Positions 43,548 to 54,487 of a stretch of 64,000 nucleotides of DNA are shown here, piece by piece. The position numbers and the translations under genes were made by a program. The notes beneath the pieces were generated by a model. That model made no database searches. It was not told where the DNA came from and was given only the letters and a program-made list of their open reading frames with translations. How positions within the stretch are numbered: position 1 is the stretch's first letter; each line of letters opens with the position of its first letter. This DNA is from an uncultured Planctomycetota bacterium (GTDB lineage: Bacteria; Planctomycetota; Planctomycetia; Isosphaerales; Isosphaeraceae), in NCBI GenBank assembly GCA_963845755.1, contig CAWJTV010000009.1:64001-128000 (forward strand). Direction: 5' to 3'.

Positions 43548-43790
43548 GGGATTCCGAATTCCGGATTCGCGATTCCGGATTCCCGGATCCTTCCCCTTCG
43601 GGAATCCGGAATCGCGAATCGGGAATCCCGATTGGGTTGCGGCCGAAGGCCGCGTTAGCGTCGTCCTCCGTAGGATCCCTGAGCCGTGCGCATCTGGAAT
43701 TCCGAATTCCGGATTCGAGATTCCGGATTTCCGCGGAATCCATCTCGAATCGGAATCCCGATTGGGTTGCGGCCGCAGGCCGCGTTAGGG
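43548..43790. repeat. Two tandem copies of a heptamer-rich element ending in GGTTGCGGCCG(A/C)AGGCCGCGTTAG
   Basis: (GATTCCG)n...(GGAATCG)n arms followed by GGAATCCCGATTGGGTTGCGGCCGAAGGCCGCGTTAG twice; third copy inverted at 63941-64000. Confidence 0.8.
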
Positions 43791-43884
43791 ATCTTGATGC
43801 AGAACCTCGATGAACCGTTTCACTGCGAGTTCGAGATTTGCTCAACTCCGAAGAGCCATTGTTAAATTTTTTTACGGAAGCTTC

Positions 43885-43913
43885 TTGACTTAGACCGGTC
43901 GCCCTTGTATACC
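43885..43913 (+). promoter_or_regulatory. Sigma70-type promoter upstream of DUF1559 operon
   Basis: TTGACT-17-TATACC with AT-rich upstream tract TGTTAAATTTTTTTAC. Confidence 0.55.
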
Positions 43914-44181
43914 CTTACTTTCAGGCTGTCACAAAGTGGCTGCACATTCGTGCTACCCCCTTCTCTCCATGGCAGACCATTACACGAGCTATTCTCATTT
44001 GCATTAACACGACAGTGTTGTCGATCGATCGCGTTTCATTTGCTTCCAAGAGAATTCAGCGACACGCTGATTCCTGAATCTCGTCTGGCTTCTGATTGTC
44101 TTGCGCCAACGATTGTCAATAGGACCGCTTTCATCCTAGAGCGTGGCCTGTCCATCGCCGTTCGCAATGTGACGCAACCCA

Positions 44182-44195
44182 TTGACAATTGTCAG
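44182..44195. promoter_or_regulatory. Palindromic operator candidate TGACAATTGTCA
   Basis: Perfect 12-bp palindrome 75 bp upstream of ATG 44270; 11-bp TTGACAATTGT recurs at 57929-57939. Confidence 0.5.
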
Positions 44196-44269
44196 ATGGT
44201 CCTGGATTTTGCGCAGGTTTGTCGAGGATCCGGGAATTCGTTCGTTCTCATTTCCTGAGGAGTCGCTTC

Positions 44270-45420
44270 ATGTTGGTAATCCATCGGAAAAGGTCTCATT
44301 TCGGTTTTACGCTGATCGAATTGTTGGTGGTGATCGCCATCATCGCGGTTTTGATCGCACTCCTTTTGCCTGCCGTTCAGGCAGCTCGCGAGGCAGCCAG
44401 GCGTGCCCAGTGCACGAACAACCTGAAGCAAGTCGGGTTGGCGACAGCCAACTACCATGACCAGATGGGATCGTACCCACCGGGTTGCATCTCAATGATC
44501 ACCGCAACGGCTCCGGCCAGCACTCCTTGGGCCAACGGGGCGACCGAGTTGTCTTGCGCATGATGATTCTCCCGCAGATGGAGAGCAACACGGTCTACAA
44601 TGCAATCAACCTGATGATCAATCCGACCTCCATCAACAATGGCGCGCAGTTCACGGCCTGGAACACGGTCTACACGAGTTGGCTCTGTCCGTCGGACGGA
44701 AACAACGGGGGGGGCAGGGTTTCCAATGGGTATTCGAGCGGCGACCAGCAACACGCCAATTGGGGCCCATCCCCGATTAACCCGGCCACGGGTGCGGTCG
44801 CCCCGACGATCCCGGTCTCCAATTACGCTGGCAGCTTCGGTGACAATTACTGCGGCGGCGTGCTAGCGTCGCCGGGCCTGCCCTGGGAAACCCCATACTC
44901 AGGATCCCCTCCGATTGGCCGAAACCGGATTGGCTGGAACGGCTATTGGGGAACGTCGTTCGGCTTGCCGGGTGGATTCACCGTGGGCAGCGGTACGATG
45001 CGCGGCTATTTCGATTACCGGAACACCTCGAAACCTCCCAACGTTGCTTCCATCACGGATGGAACCAGCAATACGATCATGGCCGGAGAGGTGTTGCCCA
45101 GTAACGCCGCCGATAGCAACTTCTGGGGGTTCAACGGTGCCTACGCGGGCACGACCGTTCCGCTCGGGTTTAACTCCAACACCGTTGTGGCTGGAGTGGC
45201 GGCGGGCTGTGGTAGTGGCACTTGGCAGTCTCCGTCAGCCCCCGTCGGCTGCCGGTTCGGGTCGTCGGCCAAGGGATTCATCAGCATGCACCCCGGCGGT
45301 TCGAACTTCCTGTTCGGCGACGGATCGGTGCGCTTCTTGAAAAACAGCATCAATATGTTCACCTACTGTTCGCTGGGCAGCCGATCCGGGGGTGAAGTCG
45401 TAAGTTCCGACTCCTACTGA
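44270..45420 (+). CDS. DUF1559 domain prepilin-type protein with H-X9-DG motif; frameshift near 44555
   Basis: [43 protein letters not shown]; restoring one G gives [38 protein letters not shown]. Confidence 0.93.
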
Positions 45421-45602
45421 GCGGAGTGACTGAACGAACAGATGTCGACCGAACTTGAGGAATGGGGGGCCGGAGAAACCCGGCTCCCCGTCTCTAATTT
45501 GATCTCTCCGTCGCCGCGACGGTCGCGGTGCAGTGCATCTCGTTTCTTGGAATCCGAATCGTGGGATGCCGGGATTCCTTTTCGCAATTGGATTTGCAAC
45601 GA

Positions 45603-46112
45603 ATGAATCGATTCAACAGGGTTTTTTCGAAAATAGGGCGATCGGTCGCGGTCGCCTTGAGTGTCTCAGTTGCGGTGGTCGTCCTGGGATGCGGCGGTGA
45701 CGATTCCGGTCTGGCCCGCCGATACAAGGTCACGGGCAAGGTCACCTACAAAGGTGACTCCCTTGCGCGCGGAACGGTGAATTTCATACCCACTAAACCA
45801 CCGGCCCCCGAAGGCCGGGCGGCTTCGGGCGAGATCAAGGATGGTTATTACTCGCTGACAACGACGGGGGACAATGATGGCGCATTGCCTGGTGATTACA
45901 ACATCACTGTTGTCTCCGTCGACCTCGATTTGAAGTCGGCTTCTGACGCGAATCCCGAAGGAATCATCCACCAGGGAGACCCCGCTCACCAGAAGGCCAT
46001 CAAGGGTGGCAAGAGTCTCATCCCGACCAAGTACAACATGGCTGAGACCTCGGGATTGAAAGCCACCGTCAAAGCCGAGTCGAACCAGATCGACCTTCCC
46101 TTGACGGACTAA
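45603..46112 (+). CDS. DUF1559-associated lipoprotein (carboxypeptidase-regulatory-like beta-sandwich)
   Basis: VLGC lipobox; VTGKVTYKG..L..GTVNF.P...ASGEIKDG.Y.L...DGALPGDY...IPTKY....TSGL, the usual partner downstream of DUF1559 genes. Confidence 0.88.
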   Translation: MNRFNRVFSKIGRSVAVALSVSVAVVVLGCGGDDSGLARRYKVTGKVTYKGDSLARGTVNFIPTKPPAPEGRAASGEIKDGYYSLTTTGDNDGALPGDYNITVVSVDLDLKSASDANPEGIIHQGDPAHQKAIKGGKSLIPTKYNMAETSGLKATVKAESNQIDLPLTD

Positions 46113-46363
46113 CAGGAGATCGCCACGATCGAGCTGGAGGCCGTTGGGGCGATTCCGTGTGGATAGAGATCGGTCGTGTTCGTTGATTCCGACTTGGCGG
46201 GAACCGGGACGGCACGATGATTTGTGCCGTCCCGGTTCTGCCGTTTTATTCCGAAACACTCATCAACTCGGAACGCTCATCAGCCCCGCGATTCTACCGT
46301 GGGCAGCCGACGCGGGAGGTCTCTCTCCGTGGCGTTTGAGAATCGCCGAGGAGCCTGGCGGAT

Positions 46364-47648
46364 ATGTCCGAGGATCGACTACCGAGATCGGATCGCGGGC
46401 ATCGGAAGGTGATGAGCATCCTGCTCCTGGCAATCATCGGCGTCAGCGTCATCCTGATCGCTGGAGTGTTCTGGCGATTCGGCGTGCCGGGTGTGGCACT
46501 CCTGACCAATGCGCCAGACGACAGGGCATCCTTGACGTTGGTTGCCGCGAAACGGATCACCAGTTACGTGGGGCCTGCGACTTGCCGCGAGTGCCACCCC
46601 GGCGAATCGGCCTTGTTTGCGCGGTCGGGTCATGGGCGCACCCTCTGGCCCGCCGCAGCCGACAACAACCCGGTCGTCGCCTGGCTCGATGGCAAGACAT
46701 GGAAGGATCCGGAAGTTCCGGAAGCCACGTGGTCCTATCAGGTGAAAGAGGGCCGGTTGGTCGCCGGGCGCGGCGTTGAACGGCCGGACTGAGAGCTTCC
46801 CGCTCGACTATGGTTTCGGCTCGGGTAGGCACGGCGTCACGTTCGTCGCGCTCCGGCCCGGTACCGTTCCCGGACTCGGTCCTTCGGGCGTCGAGCATCG
46901 CCTGTCGTACTTCACCGATGGCCCATCGGTCGCGATCACACCGGGCCAGGAAAAACTGAAGACGGACCGGCTCGATCCGCGTAACGTCCCCTTGGGAAAG
47001 CCGATGGGACCGGATACCGTCCAGCAATGCTTCCAATGCCACTCCACGCTGACCTCGACGTTGGAGGCGAATGTGCTCGAGACCTCAACCTTGATCCCCA
47101 GTATCTCCTGCGAGCGGTGCCACGGCCCGGCGCGAGCCCACACTGAGGCGGCGCGACGTGGCCAGGACGAATTGACCATGCGGATGGGGCACGATCGCGC
47201 GGGGCCTTGGGTGGAGGTCAATCTGTGTGGCGAATGCCATCGGCTGCCCAGATCCGTCTCCTCACAATCGATCCGGCCCGACAATCCCGGGATCGTCCGG
47301 TTCCAGGGGGTCGGGGTGTCGATGTCCGCCTGCTATGCCAAAGGCCTGGGCGGTTTGCGCTGTACGACCTGCCACGATCCCCACGACCGAGCCTCGAGCG
47401 ATCGCGCCCATTACGAGTCGGTGTGCGTCTCGTGCCATCGATCGGCCCCGGCCCAGAAGGCTTGCCCCATCTCGCCCGCCGCGAACTGTGTCGGTTGCCA
47501 CATGCCGCGGCGCGAGGTTCCTGGAAACGGCAGATTCACCGACCACTGGATTCGCAAACCCGCTCCCGCGAGCCCCGCCCCGCCGAAAAGCGAGGCGGTC
47601 ACGACGTCCTCGACCTTTCAGAGCCAAACCCATCGGATTTCGCGCTAA
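46364..47648 (+). CDS. Membrane-anchored multiheme c-type cytochrome (7 CXXCH); frameshift near 46777
   Basis: N-terminal TM; YVGPATCRECH, CFQCH, ISCERCHGP, CGECH, CTTCHDPH, CVSCH, CVGCHMP, FTDHWIR. Confidence 0.88.
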
Positions 47649-47657
47649 TCACATGTC

Positions 47658-50600
47658 ATGAAGTTGTTCTGTCATCGTAAGCTCCTGTTTTGGATCGGCC
47701 TGGCAATCGGCGTACTGGGGCTCGGATTGCTGGGGACCAGTGCGGCCAGCAAGATCCAGGCGCAGCGGCTCCAGGCCAGGCTCAAGAACGTCCAGCACAA
47801 GATGGACCAGGGTCGGTTGGCCGTTGCCTATAAGGAACTGGCGGACCTGGCCCAACACTGGCCGGGCGACGGCCAGATCCTCTATCTCCTGGGTCGCTGC
47901 GAGGAGCTGCTCGGACGACCGCACCGCGCCCTGGCCGCCTGGGGACAAATTCCGGTTTCGGATCCGGAATTCGTCCGCGCCGCGGAGTCACAGGGGGCCC
48001 TGCTGATCAATCAAGGTCGATTCGCTCCGGCCGAGACGTTGCTCCTCGATGCCGTTCGCAAGGTTCCGGAGATCAATCTGTATCCGCTACTCCGCGCACT
48101 GGCTCGACTATTCCGGCTGGAGGGTCGATCCGCTGACGTGCACGACATTCTCACCGCGACGTGGTTGCATGCGCCTGAGCCAAGCGAAGTGCTCAAGGAC
48201 CTCTGGCAGAACGATACCGAACCTGTGCCCGTCGACGGCTGGAAAGTTCTTCTCGACGAGGCCGATCAAAAAGACGATCGAGTCTGGTTGGGCAAGGCGC
48301 GGCACGCCATTCTCACCGGCCATTTCGACGAAGCCCGAGCCTGGCTCGACCGGTGTTTGGAGCGACGGCCTGACGACCCATCGGTCTGGCTGGCGTGTCT
48401 CGATCTGGCCGTTGCGACCGTGGACCTTGGCCGATTCTGGAAGGCCGCCGAGCGAATCTCGGCCGAGGCCGTCAGCCCCTTGGAGACTCAGTCCCTACGT
48501 TCGTGGTTGGTCTCGAACAGTGGCGACCGGCAGGCTGAACCGCGAGAGCTGGCCAGGTTGCTCGAACTTCAACCATCCAACTCGCCGGTGTTGGAGCGTC
48601 TGGCTGTCCTGGCGTTCGAGGCGGGCGACTCCGCGCAGGCCGAGCGCCTTCAAACCCGGAAGGCCGAGATCGACCGCGCCAGGAATTCTATTCGCAGGCT
48701 GGTCGTGACCCTGAGCGAGTTCCGGCCACATGCCCAGGAACTCGCTCGGCTCTCGGCAATCCAGGGAAGGCCATTCGATGAGCAGGCCTGGTCCTTGGTG
48801 GCTGCGACACTCTCCGGACGGACCCACGACAGGGGACCAGGCCTGCAGCCGTCCAGGGCCTTTTGTCGGGCCGTCTCTCGCACGGCACTCGCTCATCTGC
48901 TCGCGAGGACAGGATCACCCCCGTCTTCCCGATCCGGTGTGATTGCCGACCGGTTCTCGGACCTTCGCGGTGCCAACGTCCCAGGCCGGGAGTCCGGTGC
49001 GAAGGCGCCCGAGCTATCCCAAGCGACACGGTCACGGCTTCATTTCGTCGATGATGCCTCGGCTTGTGGCCTGCGCTTCGTCTTCGACAACGGCCGGACT
49101 CCCGCCTCCACCTGCTTCCTTCCCGAGAGCCTTTCGGGTGGCGTGGGCCTTGTTGACTTCGACGGCGACGGCTGGCTGGACGTCTATTGTGTGCAAGGTA
49201 GATCGCTCGGGGCGGCTCCCCATGCGGGCGCATCAGCAACCGCCGAGCCGGGCGACCGTCTCTTTCGCAACCAGGGGGATGGGTCGTTTCGCGACGTCAC
49301 GCGGCAGTCCGGCATCGAGCGCCTCACCCGGGGCCGGGGTTACGGCCAGGGGATCACGGTGGGTGACTACGACGATGACGGTCACCCCGACCTGTTCATC
49401 ACCCGTTTATTCCGCTACGACCTCCTTCGAAATCGAGGAGATGGCACGTTCGAAGATGTGACCGAGCGTCAGGGCCTGGCCGGTCCAAGGGAGAATCCCA
49501 CCTCGTCGGCGTTTGCCGACCTCGACAACGATGGCGACCTCGACCTTTACGTCTGTCATTATGTCCGATTGGACCCGGACCACCCCGTGATCTGCAAGCA
49601 CGAGAGCGGGGAATGTTTCTACTGCGATCCCGCCAAGTACGAGCGGGCCGTCGACCACGTCTTTCGAAACGACCGCGGGCGCTTCGTCGATGTGACCCAG
49701 GCCGCCGGCTTCACGGATCCGGACGGGCATGGTCTGGGTGTCGTGGCGGCAGACATCGACGACGACAATCGGATCGATCTCTTCGTTGCCAATGACGGGA
49801 CGGCGAACTTCTTGTTTCGGAACCGGGGCGGGTTTCACTTCGAGGACGAGGCATTGATGGCCGGCGTGGCCGGCGGTGCCCAGGGAGGATACCAGGCGGG
49901 CATGGGTGTCGCCGCGGCTGATCTCGACGGCGACGGCCGGCTCGATTTCCTGGTGACCAACCTCTACCTCGAGGGAACGACACTGTACCACAACCTGGGA
50001 GAGGGGATGTTCGCCGATCACAGTGCCCCATCGGGAATCTTCCAGGCTACCCGGTTCTTGCTGGGATTCGGCATCGGGGTCATCGACGCGACCAACGACG
50101 GCCGGCCGGACGTCGTGATCACCAACGGCAACATGAATGATTTTCGGCCGATGTATCCCTACGCCATGCCGACCCGCCTCTACGAGGGACGTTCCGCTGG
50201 TCGACTGGTCGATGTGTCGGACCAGGCGGGGCCACCGTGGGCCGTGCCACGCCTCGGCCGCGGCCTGGCAACCGGCGACCTGGATAACGACGGTCGCCTC
50301 GACCTTCTGGTCATGGGCCAAAACGAGCCCCTGGCCTATTTCCACAACCAGACCGATCGACCCGGCCATTTTGTGACGTTTCGACTCGAGGGAACGAGGT
50401 CGAACCGAGACGGCGTCGGCGCAAGGGTGGTGATCATCACCGGCCAGGGCCGCCAGGTCGCGCAACGCCTGGGAGGCGGGAGTTATCTCTCAGCCTGCGA
50501 CGGCCGACTGCACTTCGGTCTCGGAGCGGCCACGTCCATTCAGTCCGTCGAAGTCCGCTGGCCCTCCGGCCACCTCGACCGCTGGACCCATGTGATTGCG

Positions 50601-50726
50601 GACACCGGCTATCTCCTCCGCGAGGGTGATCCACTCCCGAAGCCCCTGGCTGGTTTCTCGCGACCATCCGCTACGGCGCGTAACGCCTCCCATGGTGCCA
50701 ATGTGTCGTCCACCCCCTCACCGTGA
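47658..50726 (+). CDS. TPR-like module fused to FG-GAP/CRTAC1 beta-propeller and ASPIC/UnbV domain (1022 aa)
   Basis: DFDGDGWLDVY, DYDDDGHPDLF, DLDNDGDLDLY, DLDGDGRLDFLV repeats; SNRDGVGARV...GGSYLS..DGRLHFGLG...VEVRWPSG. Confidence 0.93.
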   Translation: MKLFCHRKLLFWIGLAIGVLGLGLLGTSAASKIQAQRLQARLKNVQHKMDQGRLAVAYKELADLAQHWPGDGQILYLLGRCEELLGRPHRALAAWGQIPVSDPEFVRAAESQGALLINQGRFAPAETLLLDAVRKVPEINLYPLLRALARLFRLEGRSADVHDILTATWLHAPEPSEVLKDLWQNDTEPVPVDGWKVLLDEADQKDDRVWLGKARHAILTGHFDEARAWLDRCLERRPDDPSVWLACLDLAVATVDLGRFWKAAERISAEAVSPLETQSLRSWLVSNSGDRQAEPRELARLLELQPSNSPVLERLAVLAFEAGDSAQAERLQTRKAEIDRARNSIRRLVVTLSEFRPHAQELARLSAIQGRPFDEQAWSLVAATLSGRTHDRGPGLQPSRAFCRAVSRTALAHLLARTGSPPSSRSGVIADRFSDLRGANVPGRESGAKAPELSQATRSRLHFVDDASACGLRFVFDNGRTPASTCFLPESLSGGVGLVDFDGDGWLDVYCVQGRSLGAAPHAGASATAEPGDRLFRNQGDGSFRDVTRQSGIERLTRGRGYGQGITVGDYDDDGHPDLFITRLFRYDLLRNRGDGTFEDVTERQGLAGPRENPTSSAFADLDNDGDLDLYVCHYVRLDPDHPVICKHESGECFYCDPAKYERAVDHVFRNDRGRFVDVTQAAGFTDPDGHGLGVVAADIDDDNRIDLFVANDGTANFLFRNRGGFHFEDEALMAGVAGGAQGGYQAGMGVAAADLDGDGRLDFLVTNLYLEGTTLYHNLGEGMFADHSAPSGIFQATRFLLGFGIGVIDATNDGRPDVVITNGNMNDFRPMYPYAMPTRLYEGRSAGRLVDVSDQAGPPWAVPRLGRGLATGDLDNDGRLDLLVMGQNEPLAYFHNQTDRPGHFVTFRLEGTRSNRDGVGARVVIITGQGRQVAQRLGGGSYLSACDGRLHFGLGAATSIQSVEVRWPSGHLDRWTHVIADTGYLLREGDPLPKPLAGFSRPSATARNASHGANVSSTPSP

Positions 50727-50758
50727 TAACCCAGGAGTACGAGGGCCGTGAGGTCGGA

Positions 50759-52114
50759 TTACAGCGGCGGGGTCACGGCTGTTGGGGTTGTCGTGGGGAC
50801 GACCGAGCCAGCCGCGACGGCATCCAGTTCGGTGGCGAGCAACTCCGCCAGCGTGCGACCGGGTTCAGCCTCAACGACATCCCGCCGATCGAGGCGGACC
50901 AGTTCTTTTCGGAGGTCGCCACGAGTGGGTTCCATCTCGGCTGCGAGGGTCAGGAAGACGCGGGCTTCGAACCAGTGGCCGAGCTGTTCGGCCAGGCGGG
51001 CCAGCTCCCCCGCGTCTCGCATCGGCTGATTGCGCTCAAGGCGTTTTTGGTATCGATCCCTGGCTTGTTCGAGCTCGGCTTTCTTCTGTCGGAACTCGGT
51101 GGCATCGGCCAACTGGCCGGCCTGGCGCGCGAGATCAGCCAGCCGGTCCCAGGCCGCGAGGTCAGCGGGCGCGTCGGCGACCAATCGTTGCAGCGCACGG
51201 CGTTCGGCCGCGGCATCACCGCGGTGTGCAGCCAACCAGGCCGCCAGCCGGTCGACCTGGGCCGGGGTCAACTCCGCGGCCGGGAGATGCTTGAGGGCCT
51301 TCGCCACCTCCACGATCTGATTCGTCGCCATGGCCCACCGCAGGTAGGCTTTCCAGGTGGGGACATCCTCGGGACGGCTTCGCAGGCAGGACTCGAGCCA
51401 CCGCGCCGCCTCGTCGAACGCACCACGGCTGATCGCCAGGCTGGCGCGCGCCAGCCAGATCCGATCGTCCTTCGGCGCCAACCGCCCGGCCTGCTCAACG
51501 ACCGACTGGCGGAATCCTGGCGACTCCTCCTCCTCGTGGTCCAGCCGCAGGTAGTCCTGGACCAGTTTCATGGTCTGGTCCAGATAGCTATCGACCTGTC
51601 GGTCCAGGTGGTCCCAGGCGGCCTCGAGCAGGCGCCGCGCCTCCTCATCGCGGCCTTCCTGCCAGTAGAGCGGGACCAGGAACCAGCGCAAGCTCGAGCC
51701 GTCGATGCCGGGTTCGGCCAGGGCTTGCAGGACGAACTGCTCGGCGTCGGCCTGACGACCGAGCTGGGCCAGCAGGTCGGCACGGCCCAGGACGGCCTGG
51801 GTGATGAACGCCGAACCGGGCCGGACCCGGGCCCAGGCCGCGGCCGCCTCATCGGGCCGTCCCCGCGTTTTCTCGCAGACCCCCAGGAGGTAAGCCGCCT
51901 CATCCCAATCGGGTCTTCGGGCCAGCATGTTGGCGAGTCGGTTCGCGGCGGCCTGATATCGACCGATTTGCATGTCGTTGACGACTTGCGCCAGCGACGA
52001 CCGAGCCCACTGCGCGTCCCACCATTTCCAGCCCCACCAGACCAGCCCCCCCACAGCGGCCAGAACCAGCAGTCGATTGAGAATCCACCGCCAATGCCGC
52101 GCCCTCCCGATCAT
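50759..52114 (-). CDS. Stand-alone membrane-anchored TPR-like protein (paralog of 47658 N-terminus)
   Basis: N-terminal TM, DEAAYLLGVCEK.RG, APKDDRIWLARA, CLRSRPEDVPTW. Confidence 0.85.
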   Translation of the reverse strand: MIGRARHWRWILNRLLVLAAVGGLVWWGWKWWDAQWARSSLAQVVNDMQIGRYQAAANRLANMLARRPDWDEAAYLLGVCEKTRGRPDEAAAAWARVRPGSAFITQAVLGRADLLAQLGRQADAEQFVLQALAEPGIDGSSLRWFLVPLYWQEGRDEEARRLLEAAWDHLDRQVDSYLDQTMKLVQDYLRLDHEEEESPGFRQSVVEQAGRLAPKDDRIWLARASLAISRGAFDEAARWLESCLRSRPEDVPTWKAYLRWAMATNQIVEVAKALKHLPAAELTPAQVDRLAAWLAAHRGDAAAERRALQRLVADAPADLAAWDRLADLARQAGQLADATEFRQKKAELEQARDRYQKRLERNQPMRDAGELARLAEQLGHWFEARVFLTLAAEMEPTRGDLRKELVRLDRRDVVEAEPGRTLAELLATELDAVAAGSVVPTTTPTAVTPPL

Positions 52115-52457
52115 TCCTCGTTCCCCACTCGATCTCGGCTCGGTCTCCGCCGGAACGCCCAGGCCGCCAGCCCGGAAGGAACGCGGGACGACGAAATACC
52201 CAGAGAACCCCACATGCCTGTCATGAAAGGGCCTTGGTATGGCGTTCCGGAGGCCCTGGTCTCGACGGGCATCCATTATGTCTCTTGGATCCGGCGGTCA
52301 GCAACCAGATTCGCCTCCGGTCTTCGTTCAGGCTTGGCGCGAACCGGCCGAGGGTACGCCTCGAGCCCCGTTCCCCCGTGTTGGCCGGCTTGACACCATT
52401 TGAGACCCCAGCTCATGATGAGACGAGATCTCGCACGCCTGCCAGTTTGATGGGAGT

Positions 52458-54473
52458 ATGCTTATGGTCGATCGCCCAGCCGTGCACGAGGAGAGCGGCA
52501 CCGCGGGCTCGTCGTCCGGCGATTTGGAGGCGAGTGCGCCGCGATTGGGGTTCGTCCACCTCCTCATCTTGTCGGCCTGGTGCGGACTCGCCTCGGGACT
52601 TCTCGAGGTCGGGGCTTTGGTGGTGCGCAAGGAGGCGTTCGATCCGAATCACCTGTACTGGATCAGCCGCCACTTCGTGTGGTTGATCCCGGTGACGAAT
52701 CTGTGCTTTTTCCTCGGGTTGGGCATCCTCCTGGGTTGCGTTGCCTTGGTCTGGCGTCGGCGGGGGAACTGGCTCGCCACGCGGCTCCTCTGCGCGTTGA
52801 CCTTGCTCCCGGCCGCGCTGGTGGGCTTCCCCGAAATCTACGACTGGGCCTGGTTCCTGGTCGCGCTGGGGATCGCGATCCGTCTGGTTGTCGTCCTGGA
52901 ACGGAGGGGGCCCAGTGTCAGGCGGTTGGTGCGGGTGAGTTTCCCGGTGCTCGCCGGCCTGGTGGGGATCCTGGCGTCATCGATCTTGGTCGGGGACCGG
53001 GTCAAGACCTGGCGCGAGGCGTCGCGGCCGATGCCAGCACCGGGTGCCCCCAACGTTGTCCTGATCGTCCTCGATACGGTCGTGGCCGACCACCTGAGCC
53101 TCTACGGCTACAACCGCCCGACCAGCCGATCGATCGACGAACTGGCCCGCCACGCGATTCGCTTCGATGCCGCGCAGGCGGCCGCCTCGTGGACGCTGCC
53201 ATCTCATGCAAGCATGTTCACTGGACGATGGCCACACGAGCTCTCTGCCGGCTGGTACACCCCGCTCGACACGCGCTATCCCACGCTGGCGGAATTCCTG
53301 GGGTCTCAGGGCTATGCCACGGCGGCCTTCGTGGCCAACCAATGGTATTGCGGGTGGGATTCCGGCCTGGGCCGCGGTTTCACGACCTATCGTGATTACG
53401 TCTTCCCGCACATGACCGCCTTCGGCATGTCCGCACTGGTCAAACGATCGCTCGATCACCTGGTCTCGCTGGTCGATTTCCTGAACGGGCCGGTCGGTAT
53501 CCCGGTCCCCGGGCACTCGGTGCACTACTTCGCGGGGCTGTTCAAGGCCAGTCGGATCGAAGCGTGGATGGTCGACGACCTGTTCCTGGACTGGTTGTCG
53601 TCTCGTCGGGGCGCGGGGCAGCCGGAACGGCCGTTCTTCGCCTTCCTGAATTATGCGGATGCCCACGCTCCCTACCAGATTTCCCGGAAGGGTCTCCATC
53701 GATTCGGAGCCAGACCCCGCAACGCGTTCGAGATGGACCTGATCAAGAACTGGCCGGCGATGAACAAGCAGCATCTCTCCGCACAGGAGCTGGCGATGGC
53801 TCGCGACGCCTACGACAGTTGCATCGCACACATCGATGAACAAGTGGGCCGGTTATTCGACAGGATGGCGGACCATGGCGTCCTCGATCAGACCTGGGTA
53901 ATTCTGGCATCGGACCACGGCGAGAGTTTCGGCGAGCATGCCGGCATCTTCTGCCATGGGACGAGCCTCTACCAGACGGAGCTCCATGTCCCCCTCCTGG
54001 TCATTCCGCCGGCGCAGGGACCATCGCCCCGGGTTGTCACTCAGAAAGTGAGTCTCCGGGACATCGCGACGACGATCGTCAACCTTGCGGGCTGTCCGGC
54101 GCCCTCTCCCTTCCCGGGTGAGTCGCTGAGGCGGTTCTGGCGGGATTCGGCGAGTTTGACACCGGCCAGCACTGCCGGGCTCGGTGCTTCCGAACGGGCG
54201 CTTGCTGAGGTGGTCCCCAACGATCTGACGGATCCGGATCCCGCGCGGGTGCTCAAGCCGCGCTGGCCGTTGGCCGCGCTGGCCGAGGGTGAGTGGAGCT
54301 ATATCCGCCGTGAAGGCGACGTCCGCGAAGAATTGTTCCACGTGCGAGAGGACGCCCAGGAGCAGCGCAATCGCGCCGATGACCCATCCGCGCAGCCTGT
54401 GCTTCAACGGATGCGAGACGCACTCCGTCAACTCACAGCCGGGCCCCTGACGCCGCAGCGGTTTAACCCCTGA
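52458..54473 (+). CDS. Multi-TM sulfatase-like protein (copy 2)
   Basis: SAWCGLASGLLEVG, PNVVLIVLDTV, WTLPSHASMFTG, ASDHGESFGEH, C-terminal LTAGPLTPQRFNP. Confidence 0.92.
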   Translation: MLMVDRPAVHEESGTAGSSSGDLEASAPRLGFVHLLILSAWCGLASGLLEVGALVVRKEAFDPNHLYWISRHFVWLIPVTNLCFFLGLGILLGCVALVWRRRGNWLATRLLCALTLLPAALVGFPEIYDWAWFLVALGIAIRLVVVLERRGPSVRRLVRVSFPVLAGLVGILASSILVGDRVKTWREASRPMPAPGAPNVVLIVLDTVVADHLSLYGYNRPTSRSIDELARHAIRFDAAQAAASWTLPSHASMFTGRWPHELSAGWYTPLDTRYPTLAEFLGSQGYATAAFVANQWYCGWDSGLGRGFTTYRDYVFPHMTAFGMSALVKRSLDHLVSLVDFLNGPVGIPVPGHSVHYFAGLFKASRIEAWMVDDLFLDWLSSRRGAGQPERPFFAFLNYADAHAPYQISRKGLHRFGARPRNAFEMDLIKNWPAMNKQHLSAQELAMARDAYDSCIAHIDEQVGRLFDRMADHGVLDQTWVILASDHGESFGEHAGIFCHGTSLYQTELHVPLLVIPPAQGPSPRVVTQKVSLRDIATTIVNLAGCPAPSPFPGESLRRFWRDSASLTPASTAGLGASERALAEVVPNDLTDPDPARVLKPRWPLAALAEGEWSYIRREGDVREELFHVREDAQEQRNRADDPSAQPVLQRMRDALRQLTAGPLTPQRFNP

Positions 54474-54487
54474 ACCGCCGAGCCGTG

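Noticed and set aside
43548..43790. Heptamer arrays as a sign of a diversity-generating retroelement or four-helix-bundle gene cassette
   Set aside because: No reverse transcriptase, Avd-like gene or TR/VR pair with adenine-specific differences was seen in the window.
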